A DNA stretch of 64,000 nt. Origin: Ostrea edulis. Taxonomy: Eukaryota. Below are positions 63,401 through 64,000 of this stretch, in pieces. Made by a program: the position numbers and the translations under genes. The stretch spans positions 14,012,001-14,076,000 of the forward strand of contig NC_079168.1 of NCBI RefSeq assembly GCF_947568905.1, in the 5' to 3' direction. Each line of letters opens with the position of its first letter. The first letter of the stretch is position 1. The notes under the pieces are model-generated. The model saw nothing but the letters and a program-made list of their open reading frames with translations. It had not been told where the DNA came from and did no database searches.

Positions 63401-64000
63401 CCCGGTATGAAGAATTCTACTACGATGGTATATTACAGTATATAAAAAGAAAAAGGAAACGAGCTGTGGAGGAAAATTTTGAATTCAGAACTTTCTCGCT
63501 TAATGTATTGTTTGCTTAATAGGTATTCAACCTTAAAGAAAATTTTCCAGCTGAAATTTTGGACCTTTATGAATAATCAAAAAGGAAATTGTGTTTTTAT
63601 TACTTATATGAAATAGGATACATGTAAAAACATACCTAATGTTTGCAGTGCCTTACACTAAAGACTTGATTATGAAAACTTGTTTGATCTGAAAGTGACG
63701 GTTAATACTATGAATAGATGGAAATATAACGGAAATTCGCGCTCTCGACTCCAGGTCGGAGTGAAGTATCAGATACCAGATCAAGTACCAAGTTCATCAG
63801 ATGGAAATCTGCTAAACATGTTAATTATCACAATAATGAAGACACATTTGTTTGGACAAGCGGTCGTCATTCTAAGACTAAAACAAAACATAAAATCAAC
63901 ATCTACAGAATTAAGTAAACGACATCTTGGCATTGTACCACGAGCAATGCTGCAATTTCCAGGGAACATTATACTGGTGTGATTATAGAACTTGACATAC

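Overview
AT-rich, intron-containing animal DNA. The repeat landscape (CvA/Pearl-type elements, tRNA-derived SINEs, Penelope-like elements) and the divergent nAChR point to a bivalve mollusc, probably an oyster; this is inference. There is one N-gap at 26935-27065. I reconstructed four spliced genes by hand from GT/AG junctions and frame continuity: (1) a Cys-loop nAChR-like non-alpha subunit (- strand, 5 exons in 6422-17103, first coding exon not found); (2) a 2-exon, 123-aa coiled-coil, stathmin-domain-like gene (-, 21571-22037); (3) an 11-exon, 546-aa 4-coumarate-CoA-ligase/firefly-luciferase-like acyl-CoA synthetase (+, 32189-35587); (4) a 10-coding-exon, 320-aa DNAJC17 (-, 35737-43138), convergent with gene 3. 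Mobile DNA includes an intact 4475-bp Ty3/Gypsy (Mag-like) LTR retrotransposon with identical LTRs (50984-55458), a 5'-truncated Penelope-like element with an inverted pLTR, relics of RTE and CR1/L2-type LINEs, SINEs, MITEs and several satellites. The most striking signals are a 390-bp miniature LTR element whose 136-bp LTRs each carry a tRNA-Thr(AGT)-like Pol III cassette (43717-44106, Helenus/TRIMp3-like), minimal hammerhead ribozymes (one with an intact core, one core-mutated twin, two relics), and an intronic minisatellite built from the DNAJC17 exon-8 splice donor. All alignments, folds and family assignments were done by eye and from memory; no searches were run.
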